Source: Candidatus Berkelbacteria bacterium RIFCSPLOWO2_01_FULL_50_28
GTDB lineage: Bacteria > Patescibacteriota > UBA1384 > 2-12-FULL-50-11
Reading direction: 5' to 3'
Assembly (NCBI GenBank): GCA_001774395.1
Contig: MEZX01000003.1
Coordinates: 9,903 to 73,902 of the forward strand
DNA length: 64,000 bases
In this document: positions 18,279 through 27,717 of the stretch, in pieces
Layout of the letters: each line of letters opens with the position of its first letter
Numbering within the stretch: position 1 is the stretch's first letter
Notes under the pieces: model-generated
Databases searched by the model: none
Told to the model about the DNA's origin: nothing
What the model saw: only the letters and a program-made list of their open reading frames with translations
Translations under genes and position numbers: made by a program

Positions 18279-18412
18279 CAACAGAACGAATATCGTTGGA
18301 AGCCCAAGGGAAATGACTGAAAGGAGTATTCCCGCCGGGCCTACAGCAGAATGAAATAACTCTTGGAGGACGGGTGGGAACTGAACGAAGTGAAGATTCC
18401 CGCCGGGCCTAC
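18263..18412 (+). repeat. Three copies of the tRNA-Lys 3' end ATTCCCGCCGGGCCTAC
   Basis: Exact 17-mers starting at 18263, 18328 and 18396. Confidence 0.9.
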
Positions 18413-19383
18413 TAATCCTTTGGTTTTTGCAAATAATTAAACGCACTTGTTGCGGCGACGGCGCCCATGGCGGCGGCGGTGATGTCTTGTTTGAAATGGC
18501 CAAAGAAGTTGGTGGAGTCACCGGCGGCATAAATCCCCGGGATGTTGGTTTCCATTTCGTTATTGACCGCGATATAACCGTAATCATCGAGTTTGACATC
18601 CAGTTTCGTTGCCAGTGCCATCTCCGGTACGGCGCCAATTTCCACGAACAAGCCGTCCAAAACAAACTCTTTGCCTTCCTTGGTTCTGACGCCAGTTAGC
18701 CGATCGTTGCCGAGTAGCTCGACGATTTCGGTTTCAAGATGGACCTCCACTTTGCCTGAATTAATAAATGGCTGTAATCGAGCCATATTGACCGGCTCGG
18801 GTTTGAGTGAGTTTGTAATTTCAATAATGTGAATTTTCTCCGCATACTGGACGGCCAAATTTGCTCCTTTGATCGCCGCATCACCGCCGCCAACGATGCC
18901 GATAGTTTTACCTTTATAGAGCGGGCCGTCGCAGGTGGTGCAGTAATGAACGCCTTTGCCCAGGGCAAAATCATCTTCTTTCGGTAGCTTTAATTTGCGC
19001 CTCGCAGCGCCGTGAGCAAAAAGTAAAGTTTTAGCGGCTACAGTCTGACCCGACTCAGTTCCTAGGCTGAATGTTTCGCCTGTTTTGTCTACCGAAATAA
19101 CTTTATCGTGAAGTACTTTGGCACCCAAAGATTCGGCTTGGTCCTTCACTTTCATAATCAAATCGTACCCGTCGATTTCTTTATATCCCGGGTAGTTTTC
19201 AATTGTCCAAGCAGAAGCCGTTGCGCCACCTGGCTCGTCGCCAATTATTACCGTTCTCATCTCGTAACGGCCCGCATAAATTGCGGCCGACAGTCCGGCC
19301 ATGCCGGAACCAATAATCGCGATGTCAAATTGGATGTCACTCATCAGTCCATAAAACATACTAGTTTTTCTACACACGTTCAA
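18412..19383 (-). CDS. trxB: Thioredoxin reductase
   Basis: IIGSG.AG, ENYPG, GVHYCTTCDG, GIYAAGD; start may be MSDIQF ~19344. Confidence 0.9.
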   Translation of the reverse strand: MNVCRKTSMFYGLMSDIQFDIAIIGSGMAGLSAAIYAGRYEMRTVIIGDEPGGATASAWTIENYPGYKEIDGYDLIMKVKDQAESLGAKVLHDKVISVDKTGETFSLGTESGQTVAAKTLLFAHGAARRKLKLPKEDDFALGKGVHYCTTCDGPLYKGKTIGIVGGGDAAIKGANLAVQYAEKIHIIEITNSLKPEPVNMARLQPFINSGKVEVHLETEIVELLGNDRLTGVRTKEGKEFVLDGLFVEIGAVPEMALATKLDVKLDDYGYIAVNNEMETNIPGIYAAGDSTNFFGHFKQDITAAAMGAVAATSAFNYLQKPKD

Positions 19384-19425
19384 ACCTCGTTGTCTTTGCC
19401 GCGAAGAGCTTGTTACAATGACCCA

Positions 19426-19926
19426 ATGGGTAAGGCCATTCGAAACACCTTTTTCACGGTACTTGTTATTGCCTCAACAGCGGCGGCGGTTGGCTGGGAT
19501 CGTCAGCAGACGCGCAATAATGACCCGATAGTTATTAGCGAGCGAGTGCTAACGTCCCCAGTGACAACAGAGGAATCGCTCAGCTTGCCCCTAACTCTCA
19601 GACTCACTCGTCCTTACGTTAAGCTGGGGCAGATCCAGAGCATTCTTGTAAAAACAGTGCCTTTTGCAAGGTTAAAAGTTGTGGTTATCAATCCCGACGG
19701 TCGGGTCAACAGCACCCAAACTGTTCAAGCAGCCGCCGACGAACTTGGCGAGTACGTCTCCCGTTTCAAGCTCAACGATTTCCATGATCTCGGTGTCTTT
19801 CAAGTTGTTGTCGAGGCTAATCTTGATACCCAGGTGTCGCGGGTGAAAGCCAATTTTGTCCTGCAAAGTTGGACCGACCCGATCGAGCCACAGGACGCTG
19901 GTTACATCTACCCCCTTGTGCCGTAA
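19426..19926 (+). CDS. Hypothetical exported protein
   Basis: TACAAT directly upstream; signal-like N terminus. Confidence 0.65.
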   Translation: MGKAIRNTFFTVLVIASTAAAVGWDRQQTRNNDPIVISERVLTSPVTTEESLSLPLTLRLTRPYVKLGQIQSILVKTVPFARLKVVVINPDGRVNSTQTVQAAADELGEYVSRFKLNDFHDLGVFQVVVEANLDTQVSRVKANFVLQSWTDPIEPQDAGYIYPLVP

Positions 19927-19961
19927 GCCCAAGTGCGTTAAGAATTACAGGTGTCAATTTG

Positions 19962-20918
19962 ATGAAACATTATCCTAAAGTTGTGGCAATTGGCGGAGGT
20001 ACAGGTTTAGCAACGCTGTTGCGAGGTTTGAAATACTACCCCGTGAGTTTGTCTGGAATTGTCACGATGACCGATAACGGCGCCTCCTCGGGCCGACTCT
20101 CGCGCGAAATGGGCACTCTGCCGCCGGGGGATGTGCGCAAATGCTTGGCGGCACTCTCCAGCGACGAGACGCTGATGACGAAACTCTTTGAGTATCGATT
20201 CGATCGCGGTCGCGGATTGTCGGGGCATTCGTTGGGCAATCTGCTGCTGTTGGCGCTCTCGGACTTAACGGGTGATTTTGAATCCGCCATCGAAGCATGT
20301 GGCAAGATCCTGTCGATCAAAGGAGAGGTTATCCCCTCAACTTACGATCACGTGAGCCTGGTTGCGGAACTGAAGAACGGCCTGCAGGCTCTGGGGGAAG
20401 TTGAGATACCAATTCTCGGACACCGTTTTGGCATAAAGAGCTTGTCACTTCTGCCGCCAGATGCTGGTGCTAACCCAACCGCCTTGCGGTTTATTGAAAG
20501 CGCCGATCTGATCCTAATCGGACCGGGTAGCCTATACACCAGCATTCTACCTAACTTCTTAATCAAAGACCTGCGTCGGTCTTTTAAGAAATCGACGGCC
20601 GTAAAGTACTACATCGCCAACGTCTCTACGGAGCGCGGCGAGACGGAAAAGTTCAGTATCGAAGATCATGTTGCCGCGCTGCGAGAACATATCGGTTCAT
20701 CCCGGCTTGACGGAGTGATTGTTAACACAAAAATTTTAAGTAGCTCAAAATCCGAGGGTAACTTAGGCAGTGTGCGTAACATCACCTCGGAAGGAAAAAC
20801 GGTCGCGGGAGTGCCAGTAATGGCAACTGATATTGTCGACGAGAAAAATCCGCTTCACCACGATCATAAAAAGTTGGCGGCCGCAATCTGGCAGGCTTTT
20901 ATCAGCCAAGACACTTAA
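19962..20918 (+). CDS. yvcK: YvcK/UPF0052 family protein
   Basis: VVAIGGGTGL, DNG.SSGRL, PPGD.R, GHSLGNL, GPGSLYTSI.PN. Confidence 0.92.
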   Translation: MKHYPKVVAIGGGTGLATLLRGLKYYPVSLSGIVTMTDNGASSGRLSREMGTLPPGDVRKCLAALSSDETLMTKLFEYRFDRGRGLSGHSLGNLLLLALSDLTGDFESAIEACGKILSIKGEVIPSTYDHVSLVAELKNGLQALGEVEIPILGHRFGIKSLSLLPPDAGANPTALRFIESADLILIGPGSLYTSILPNFLIKDLRRSFKKSTAVKYYIANVSTERGETEKFSIEDHVAALREHIGSSRLDGVIVNTKILSSSKSEGNLGSVRNITSEGKTVAGVPVMATDIVDEKNPLHHDHKKLAAAIWQAFISQDT

Positions 20919-21811
20919 CGTTTATCGTCAATTATCGCGCCGGTCTTTGGGTTTATCGACAGCTTAACCGTCAACGGACTAGCCGGAATTCGTTTAATAA
21001 AACCGGTCGTCACGAGCTCTGGCAAGCTGTCGGGAACGCGGGAATTCACCCGACGGAATTTTTTCACCGCGTCCTCTAATTCAAAAACTATCTTCAAGTG
21101 AGCAACGTATTTGGCGGCCCGCTCCTTAACAAAAGCCGAATCGGTCGTTTGATAAACGGTCCTGAATATCTCGTAGGCTAGTTTTCGCTCGTCACCTAGA
21201 TTGTAATATATTCCAACGAATAGCTTGACGATCGGCGGCGCACCCGGCAAGACGGCGGCTTTTTTGAACTCCCGAGCCGCATTGATGTAGTCCTTCTTTT
21301 GCATATGGTAGACGAGCCCGGTGTAGTACGGCATTTCCCAGGATTCGGGCAGGTTTTTCTCGCCCTTTTTGCCAAGAGCAATGGCTTCGTCGACAAATCC
21401 CTCACCGGGCAAAATTATCAGTCCGGTCTGGTAAGCCTGGGTGAATTTCGGCGAGAGATCTGTAACCAGGTTGAAGAGCTCGGCTAGTTTGCGATATTTA
21501 CCGTACGGATCGCCGCCGCCGTAGTACTGAATCGTCTTTAGCCAGTAGTAGTCGGCAACAAACTCGGTAGCGCCGAAACTGACGGCACGGGCCAATACTG
21601 GGGAAAGCGGTTGGGGCTCGATGTACTGATTAAAAGAAACGTTAATTTTTGGGTCGCCGTATCGTCGCCAGGTATCGTAACGAATCTGGACAACGTAAGT
21701 TAGTACTAGCGCTACAATAATTAGTAAGACCGAGAAGCGCTGGAAGGAGAAAAATCGAGACCCTTCGGCTTCGCTCAGGGTAAAAGATCTAGACGATTTT
21801 TTAGAATTCAT
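20915..21811 (-). CDS. Membrane-anchored TPR-like protein, ABC-associated
   Basis: ADYYWLKTIQYYG and helical repeats; overlaps the permease stop. Confidence 0.75.
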   Translation of the reverse strand: MNSKKSSRSFTLSEAEGSRFFSFQRFSVLLIIVALVLTYVVQIRYDTWRRYGDPKINVSFNQYIEPQPLSPVLARAVSFGATEFVADYYWLKTIQYYGGGDPYGKYRKLAELFNLVTDLSPKFTQAYQTGLIILPGEGFVDEAIALGKKGEKNLPESWEMPYYTGLVYHMQKKDYINAAREFKKAAVLPGAPPIVKLFVGIYYNLGDERKLAYEIFRTVYQTTDSAFVKERAAKYVAHLKIVFELEDAVKKFRRVNSRVPDSLPELVTTGFIKRIPASPLTVKLSINPKTGAIIDDKR

Positions 21812-22565
21812 GGCGACGAAACGCAGCCATTCCCAGTAACAGCACGGCGACGGTGTAGGCAACGAAATAGAGTAGAATCATCACCATCTGTCCGGCTTCG
21901 GGCTGAAAGCTAAAGGCCACTTCATTGCGTAGGTTAAACTTTTCTAAGTTCGGGAAAACATAATATACAGACTCCAGAACGTAGCGGACTGCGGGCGTGG
22001 CCTTCTTGGCCATCAGCCAAATTGTTGTACTGGAGTGGCCGATCAGGGCGAGGCAGAAGGTGTAAATTGCACTTGCAAGCGGCGTAGTGAAACTACTGAA
22101 AAGTAGCCCCACGGCCGTTAGCAACCAGGCTTCCAGGATAACTAGAAGGATTGCTAAAGCGGCGATGAAGTTAAAAGCATGGGTTTTGAAGGCCATAATC
22201 GAGAGGAAGATTACGCCCATTATCACTCCCGAAACCAGCAGAGTTAAACATAATCCAAAGAATTTTCCCAGATAAAATGCTTCTCGCGAAACAGGTTTAC
22301 TCAAGACGAGGTAGACTGTTTTACGCTCGATCTCTCGCCACACCAACTGCGTACCGATAAATAGAGTAATAATCAGCTCAAACACCAGAATGGCAGTTAG
22401 GCTGAAATCTCCAATTACTCGGACGTCTTGGCCGAGCGAGACCGACCCGGCCAACAGGCTGGCGGCGACCGTTAGGACCGCAAAGGCAATCAAAGAATAG
22501 AAAATCCGATCGCGAATAGTCTCGCGGAAAGTGTTAAGAGCGATTGTTTTGATGGTTTTAATCAT
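21801..22565 (-). CDS. ABC transporter permease
   Basis: IALNTFRE.IRDRI, EIERKTVY.VLSKPVSR..GKF. Confidence 0.9.
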   Translation of the reverse strand: MIKTIKTIALNTFRETIRDRIFYSLIAFAVLTVAASLLAGSVSLGQDVRVIGDFSLTAILVFELIITLFIGTQLVWREIERKTVYLVLSKPVSREAFYLGKFFGLCLTLLVSGVIMGVIFLSIMAFKTHAFNFIAALAILLVILEAWLLTAVGLLFSSFTTPLASAIYTFCLALIGHSSTTIWLMAKKATPAVRYVLESVYYVFPNLEKFNLRNEVAFSFQPEAGQMVMILLYFVAYTVAVLLLGMAAFRRHEF

Positions 22566-23283
22566 CGTAGCGAATTGTCTCAACAAACATCTCCTCGAGG
22601 GTTTTGTAGCTACTTCCAATTAGCTTTTTCGGCATCCCTTGGCGGATTATCTTTCCGTTATTCAATATAGCAATCTCATCACAGATCTCTTCGACGTCGG
22701 CAAGAATATGTGAGCTGAAAAATATTGTGGCGCCGCGTCTTTTTAGGTCAAGAAGGAGTTTCTTGAAGTCGAGCCGCCCAAGCGGATCGAGCCCGTCGAG
22801 CGGTTCGTCCAGAACCAGCAGTTTCGGCTCGTTAATCAACGCAACAGCAAACGCCAGGCGCTGAAGCATTCCCTTGGAGAATTTTCTTACCGGCAACTTA
22901 CTGGAAGAACCAAGACCAACTTTCTGCAGCAGGTCTTTGGTGCGCTTTTTGATGATTTTTTCATCTAAATCGAATAAGTTTCCCGCGAAATCCATCACTT
23001 CGGCGGCATTTAAGTGGTTATAAAACTGCGGATTCTCCGGCATAAAACCAATCAAACGCTTGGCTTCGAGGCTATCTGAGGGCAGATTTTGAACTGTCGA
23101 TGTGCCCGAATCAGGAAAAAGCAAGCCGACAATCATTTTTACCGTCGTGGTTTTGCCAGCGCCGTTGGGGCCAAGAAACCCGAAAACCTGTCCTTTTTTC
23201 ACCGTCAGTGAGATGCCGTTAATCACCTTTGTTTCGCTGGTTCGGGTAAAATAGGTTTTGTGGATATTTTCAAGGATTAGCAT
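22558..23283 (-). CDS. ABC transporter ATP-binding protein
   Basis: GPNGAGKTT, FSKGM.QR, LDEP. Confidence 0.95.
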   Translation of the reverse strand: MLILENIHKTYFTRTSETKVINGISLTVKKGQVFGFLGPNGAGKTTTVKMIVGLLFPDSGTSTVQNLPSDSLEAKRLIGFMPENPQFYNHLNAAEVMDFAGNLFDLDEKIIKKRTKDLLQKVGLGSSSKLPVRKFSKGMLQRLAFAVALINEPKLLVLDEPLDGLDPLGRLDFKKLLLDLKRRGATIFFSSHILADVEEICDEIAILNNGKIIRQGMPKKLIGSSYKTLEEMFVETIRYDD

Positions 23284-23311
23284 CTTGTAAAACCTACCAT
23301 ATAATTAACCA

Positions 23312-24073
23312 ATGAAGCAAAGCAAGGGTCGGATGGTTGCCGTTGTTGGGCCAACGGGAAGTGGCAAAACAAAATTAGCGATTCACCTGGCCAAGAAGTT
23401 CAATGGGGTGATAATCTCGGCCGACTCGCGGCAGGTTTATCGTGGGCTGGATATTGGCACTAACAAAGAGGGTACACCTGGCAGGTGTGATGACCAACCC
23501 TGCCGAACCATCGACGGAATTGGGCAACTGCTGATCGATATTGTCGATCCGGGCGAGCGCTTCACTCTCCACGACTGGTTATTACAGGCACGTTATTGGT
23601 TAGAACCGATAATGGAAAAGGGACAATTACCAATAATTGTTGGCGGCACCGGGCTGTATGTGACGGCGCTACTGGAGGGCTACAAATTGGGCGGCGGTCG
23701 CGGCGCTAAAAACAATCAAGCGGTCGATTTTGAGTCACTGATACTAATGCCGGACATCGACAGGGTAGTTTTGAATGAGAAGTCTGACAAGCGTTTTGTA
23801 AAAATTTTTGACGATTTAATCGCTGAGACAAAGCGGTTACTAGAAAGCGGCGTTTCGGACGAGTGGCTTGAAAAAATCGGTCTCGACTATCGATACGCCC
23901 ACCGAAATGTCTCCGGACAATTAAGCCGCAAGGAAGCGATTGAGCAATTTCAGACTGCCAGCCGTCAGTACATCCGCCGACAGATAACCTGGTGGCGGCA
24001 TCACGGAAAAGTACACACCCCCGCAAGTGCGGCAGAAGCAAGTAGCCTGGTGTCTCGATTTCTAAAGGGTTGA
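23312..24073 (+). CDS. miaA: tRNA dimethylallyltransferase (internally shortened)
   Basis: GPTGSGKT, ISADSRQVYRGLDIGT.K, VGGTGLY, RQY.RRQ.TW. Confidence 0.92.
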   Translation: MKQSKGRMVAVVGPTGSGKTKLAIHLAKKFNGVIISADSRQVYRGLDIGTNKEGTPGRCDDQPCRTIDGIGQLLIDIVDPGERFTLHDWLLQARYWLEPIMEKGQLPIIVGGTGLYVTALLEGYKLGGGRGAKNNQAVDFESLILMPDIDRVVLNEKSDKRFVKIFDDLIAETKRLLESGVSDEWLEKIGLDYRYAHRNVSGQLSRKEAIEQFQTASRQYIRRQITWWRHHGKVHTPASAAEASSLVSRFLKG

Positions 24074-24195
24074 GCCGGCTATCCTTCCCTGGACCACCGG
24101 CTCGTCAGGATGAGGGAATGCCACGGTTGAACACTCCGAATGCATTGTAGCATTTCTTGAAACTGGCCAAATTTAGGCTAAATTGAAGTTATGGA

Positions 24196-24852
24196 TTGGA
24201 GGGGGAATTGAAGTGTCCGGTTTGTGGCGGCGAATTTGACGGCGTAACTTTTCGCTCGCGCTCAGGCTCGTCGATTTACGCTAAACGGTGCAATCAGTGC
24301 AGCGGTTTTTGGTTTGAAAGAGAACCGGCATCCGACCTCGAGCTTTCTTCGGTGTTAGAACAAGATTCTGCTTCCGCAAATTACTCGATGAAAAATACCG
24401 ATCTTGTTTGTCCGCAGGATCAGTCGCTTTTGGAAGAAGTTGACAGCAGTGAGCTGCCGGCGGGCAGTCGCTACTGGCGCTGCAACGACTGCGACGGCAG
24501 TTTTTACCCCAAAGGCCAGCTCGCTACGCTCTCGGAATGGCGCGCTAAAAATTCCGCCCACGTCTCAGGGGGCCCATTGAAACCAAATGTGGCGATTTCG
24601 TCGGTGCTGGTAGTCGCTTTGGTTGGGCTAGTGGGTGCCTCGGCGGGGAAGATTAGCGGTTTTTCTGCCGCGACAGATCAAGTGTTGCCGACCCTTGGAC
24701 CAAGTCTGGGGACACTAATTCTGCTGGCAGTTACCTATGTAGCCGGAACGATCCTGGCAATTTTAGGCCGCAAGGTGGCCGTGGTAGCCATGGGTTGGGG
24801 CGTTATTTCCATCTGTTTGGTTGGTTTTTTCGTGGTAATCTTTGGACCATAG
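24196..24852 (+). CDS. Zn-ribbon (TFIIB-like) membrane protein
   Basis: CPVC, CNQCSGFWF, CPQD, CNDCDG plus C-terminal TM helices. Confidence 0.7.
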   Translation: MEGELKCPVCGGEFDGVTFRSRSGSSIYAKRCNQCSGFWFEREPASDLELSSVLEQDSASANYSMKNTDLVCPQDQSLLEEVDSSELPAGSRYWRCNDCDGSFYPKGQLATLSEWRAKNSAHVSGGPLKPNVAISSVLVVALVGLVGASAGKISGFSAATDQVLPTLGPSLGTLILLAVTYVAGTILAILGRKVAVVAMGWGVISICLVGFFVVIFGP

Positions 24853-24860
24853 CCATGGGT

Positions 24861-24984
24861 AATTATCGAATATTCTAATTATCAAATAACCAAAAAATGA
24901 CGAAACCACTAAATCATCAACTTTTGGAGATTAGTACATTTGGAAATTTTTCGATGATTTGGTTATTCGAAAATTTGGTTATTC
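24861..24984. repeat. AT-rich imperfect palindrome built of AATAACCA/TGGTTATT-like units
   Basis: Similar element at 27339-27441. Confidence 0.6.
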
Positions 24985-24988
24985 TGTA

Positions 24989-26506
24989 ATGGCTTTGGCC
25001 AAAATTCGCAGTGCGGTGGTCAGCGGAATTAGTGCTACCGCAGTCGAAGTAGAGGTTGATGTTGCATCCGGTCTGCCGGGGTTTATTATTGTTGGTTTAG
25101 CTGATAAGGCAGTAGAAGAGTCGCGCGAGCGAGTGCGTAGCGCTATCAAACACTCCGGCTTTAGCTTTCCGCTGTCACGTATTACCGTCCATTTGGCGCC
25201 TTCGGAGAAGAAAAAAAGCGGTGTTCATTTTGATCTGCCCATTGCCTTGGCAATTCTTGTGGCCGACGGCCAGCTGAAGACTAAAACCCTTCCTACCAAC
25301 GCCTTGTTCCTTGGGGGTCTGTCGCTCGACGGCCGAACTCAGGCAATCAACGGCACGCTCGTGCTGGTGGAGTGGGCACGGAACAACGGGTTTGATCGAG
25401 TGGTACTGCCAAGTGAGAATTACGAAGAGTCGTTACTTGTTGAGGGCATCGACCTAGTCCCAGTTTCTTCCTTAAACGAGGTAGCCGAGCTGATATTGCA
25501 CGACACCCTACCGCCCAAACCCACTCCGTCTCTGCGACATGCCGAAGAAGATCATTCAACCGACTGGTTGCAAATCCAGGGACAAGAAAAAGCCAAGCGG
25601 GCTGCGGTAATCTCGGCTGCCGGCGGTCACAATCTGCTAATGGAAGGGCCGCCCGGGGCCGGCAAGACGCTGATTGCCAGAGGTATTAGGGCGCTACTAC
25701 CCGCTCTAAATCGGGATGAGAAAATTGAAGTTGTGAAAGTTCACAGCGTTGCCGGCGAGCTTGACCGAAGTGCGCCGGTTGATTCGATCGGTCGGCCGTT
25801 TCGCTCGCCGCATCACACCGCGAGCCATATCTCGATTGTTGGCGGCGGCACACATCCGCGGCCGGGTGAGATATCGCTGGCTCATCACGGAGTCCTGTTT
25901 CTGGATGAGCTACCAGAGTTTAATCGCTTGGTGACGGAATCGTTGCGTCAGCCGTTGGAGGACGCCGAAATTAATGTGGCTCGGGTTAACGAGTCGGTTC
26001 GTTATCCGGCCAATTTTATGCTGGTAGCGACGATGAACCCCTGTCCGTGCGGCTGGTTTGGGTCGGCTACTCACGAATGCATCTGTAGCGCTCACGCGAT
26101 TAGTCAGTATCGCAAGAAAATTTCTGGCCCGATTATGGACCGCATTGATATTTACCTAAACGTGCCGGCTCTGCCGATCGCAAAACTCCAGAATCCCGAG
26201 TCTCATTCGAAGGAGCTCCAGACCTTGCGTCAGCTGATCGCCCAAGCCCAAGATTTGGCTCGCCAACGTAACGGCAAAGTACTTAACGGTCGGATTTCTC
26301 CGGCTAGTATTTCCAAAATCTGCCAGACCGATCCGGCAGCGGCGAAACTCATCGAACAAGCAGGGGATAAATTCGGTCTCACCGGTCGCGGCTATCATAA
26401 ATTACTGCGAGTCGCTCGAACAATTGCCGATTTGAACCACCACGAGAATATCGGAGTTTCGGAAGCCGCCGAGGCGCTGCAGTATCGCTTCAACCGAGCC
26501 AGCTAG
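24989..26506 (+). CDS. comM: ComM/YifB Mg-chelatase-like AAA+ ATPase
   Basis: VGLADKAVEESRERVRSA, GPPGAGKT, PFRSPHH, PGEISLAHHGVLFLDE, NPCPCG. Confidence 0.95.
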   Translation: MALAKIRSAVVSGISATAVEVEVDVASGLPGFIIVGLADKAVEESRERVRSAIKHSGFSFPLSRITVHLAPSEKKKSGVHFDLPIALAILVADGQLKTKTLPTNALFLGGLSLDGRTQAINGTLVLVEWARNNGFDRVVLPSENYEESLLVEGIDLVPVSSLNEVAELILHDTLPPKPTPSLRHAEEDHSTDWLQIQGQEKAKRAAVISAAGGHNLLMEGPPGAGKTLIARGIRALLPALNRDEKIEVVKVHSVAGELDRSAPVDSIGRPFRSPHHTASHISIVGGGTHPRPGEISLAHHGVLFLDELPEFNRLVTESLRQPLEDAEINVARVNESVRYPANFMLVATMNPCPCGWFGSATHECICSAHAISQYRKKISGPIMDRIDIYLNVPALPIAKLQNPESHSKELQTLRQLIAQAQDLARQRNGKVLNGRISPASISKICQTDPAAAKLIEQAGDKFGLTGRGYHKLLRVARTIADLNHHENIGVSEAAEALQYRFNRAS

Positions 26507-26823
26507 TTGCTAAGACGAAGCGTTTCGTACACCCAGTTACCAAGTTGAGTGTCGTAGGGAGTTGTTCGTTTGGTGATCACTGCTCCGATAAACAGCACGG
26601 CGATTATCGCCACGCAAAACATTGTTCGTTTCAGTCCAGTGACGGCCGGTGTTTTGATCGATACGTCGTCGTGGCTTTCGACAATCGCGGTTTCTGTTTG
26701 AGGCGCTGTAACAATCGCCGCGCTCGGTTCGGCAAAGCTTACCACCGAACCTTGATTGATCTGCTGAAGTTGGATCTTTTTAGCCAACTGCGCTTGGAAT
26801 TTTTTCTTGTTTTTCTTAGACAT
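26503..26823 (-). CDS. Small membrane protein
   Basis: MSKKNKKKF.. with C-terminal TM helix. Confidence 0.6.
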   Translation of the reverse strand: MSKKNKKKFQAQLAKKIQLQQINQGSVVSFAEPSAAIVTAPQTETAIVESHDDVSIKTPAVTGLKRTMFCVAIIAVLFIGAVITKRTTPYDTQLGNWVYETLRLSN

Positions 26824-26864
26824 CGAGGATATCTTAGGGTTCTTTTTGTCCAAACACAAGGCAA

Positions 26865-27079
26865 TTTTGTGGGGGCCGGGGGCCTAGTTGCCGTTCGACG
26901 CTGCTCACGGTGCCGAGCGAAGTCGAGGCACGAAGCGGCCCCGAGGCCCCCACACCCCCTGCCCCGCACGCTTGCCCCAGGCGGGTGGAGAAAACTGGCT
27001 CCTCGCCACCGGAAGGATCTCGCTATCGCTCCGGCTTTCGCAAAGCGAAAGCCGCTGTGGCAGTCGCCGGTTTTCGGTT
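26865..27079 (-). repeat. Structured dispersed repeat, copy 2, with nested REP-like insert
   Basis: Inverted homolog of 15638-15818; extra TTCGAC..GCTC..CCGAGCGAAGTCGAGG segment at ~26891-26929. Confidence 0.8.
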
Positions 27080-27117
27080 GATTTTATAGTTGGTGGAGGG
27101 TAGAATTGTAGGGAACT

Positions 27118-27189
27118 GCGGGAGTAGTTCATCGGTAGAATGTCTCCTTGCCAAGGAGAAGGCAGCGGGTTCAATTCCCGTCTCCCGCT
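27118..27189 (+). tRNA. tRNA-Gly(GCC)
   Basis: Anticodon arm TCTCC-TTGCCAA-GGAGA. Confidence 0.95.
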
Positions 27190-27248
27190 CAAAATTTCCC
27201 GTTAATTCGTAGAAAAAGGGCTCTACTACAGGTAAAATACAGACGTTC

Positions 27249-27319
27249 GGCCAGGTGCCCGAGTGGTTAGGGAGCGGTCTGCAAAACCGCGTACAGGGGT
27301 TCGATTCCCCTTCTGGCCT
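27249..27319 (+). tRNA. tRNA-Cys(GCA)
   Basis: Anticodon arm GCGGT-CTGCAAA-ACCGC; U73. Confidence 0.95.
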
Positions 27320-27338
27320 CACTAGCCGCCAAGGCGGC

Positions 27339-27441
27339 AATCACCGAATAACCAAATAAACTAATAATCAAAATAAATCCTAGTTAGTATCCTGATTTTG
27401 TTATTCGGAAATTCTTTGAAAATTTGATGATTTGGTTATTT
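27339..27441. repeat. AT-rich imperfect palindrome (same family as 24861-24984)
   Basis: CGAATAACCAAATAAAC...GATGATTTGGTTATT. Confidence 0.6.
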
Positions 27442-27493
27442 TATAATTCCAAATGGTTGACCGATTCATCTTCTTGGTCTACTATTTGTCAGA

Positions 27494-27709
27494 ATGGCAA
27501 ATTTCTTGCAGGTTACGTTAATCGTTTCCGGCATCCTGCTGATCATCTCGATCCTTCTTCAACACCGCGGTAGCGGTCTTGGTGGGGCATTTGGTGGTGA
27601 GAGCACTTCTTACCGCAGCCGTCGTGGAATTGAGAGCTTGCTTTACCGTCTGACGATCCTGTCCGCGGCGGTATTCCTGGTGGCGGCCATCGCCCGCCTC
27701 TTCGTCTGA
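27494..27709 (+). CDS. secG: Preprotein translocase subunit SecG
   Basis: ILLQ.RGSGLGGAFGG..RRG.E..L. Confidence 0.92.
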   Translation: MANFLQVTLIVSGILLIISILLQHRGSGLGGAFGGESTSYRSRRGIESLLYRLTILSAAVFLVAAIARLFV

Positions 27710-27717
27710 ACCCCACG

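Noticed and set aside
18263-18412. CRISPR array
   Set aside because: The repeat is a 17-nt tRNA 3' end, the spacers resemble each other, and no cas operon is present; the PD-(D/E)XK gene is distant and solitary.
24072-24120. Hammerhead ribozyme or riboswitch (CUGACGA plus hairpin, possible pseudoknot)
   Set aside because: No GAAA after stem II and no match to a riboswitch consensus I can recognise.
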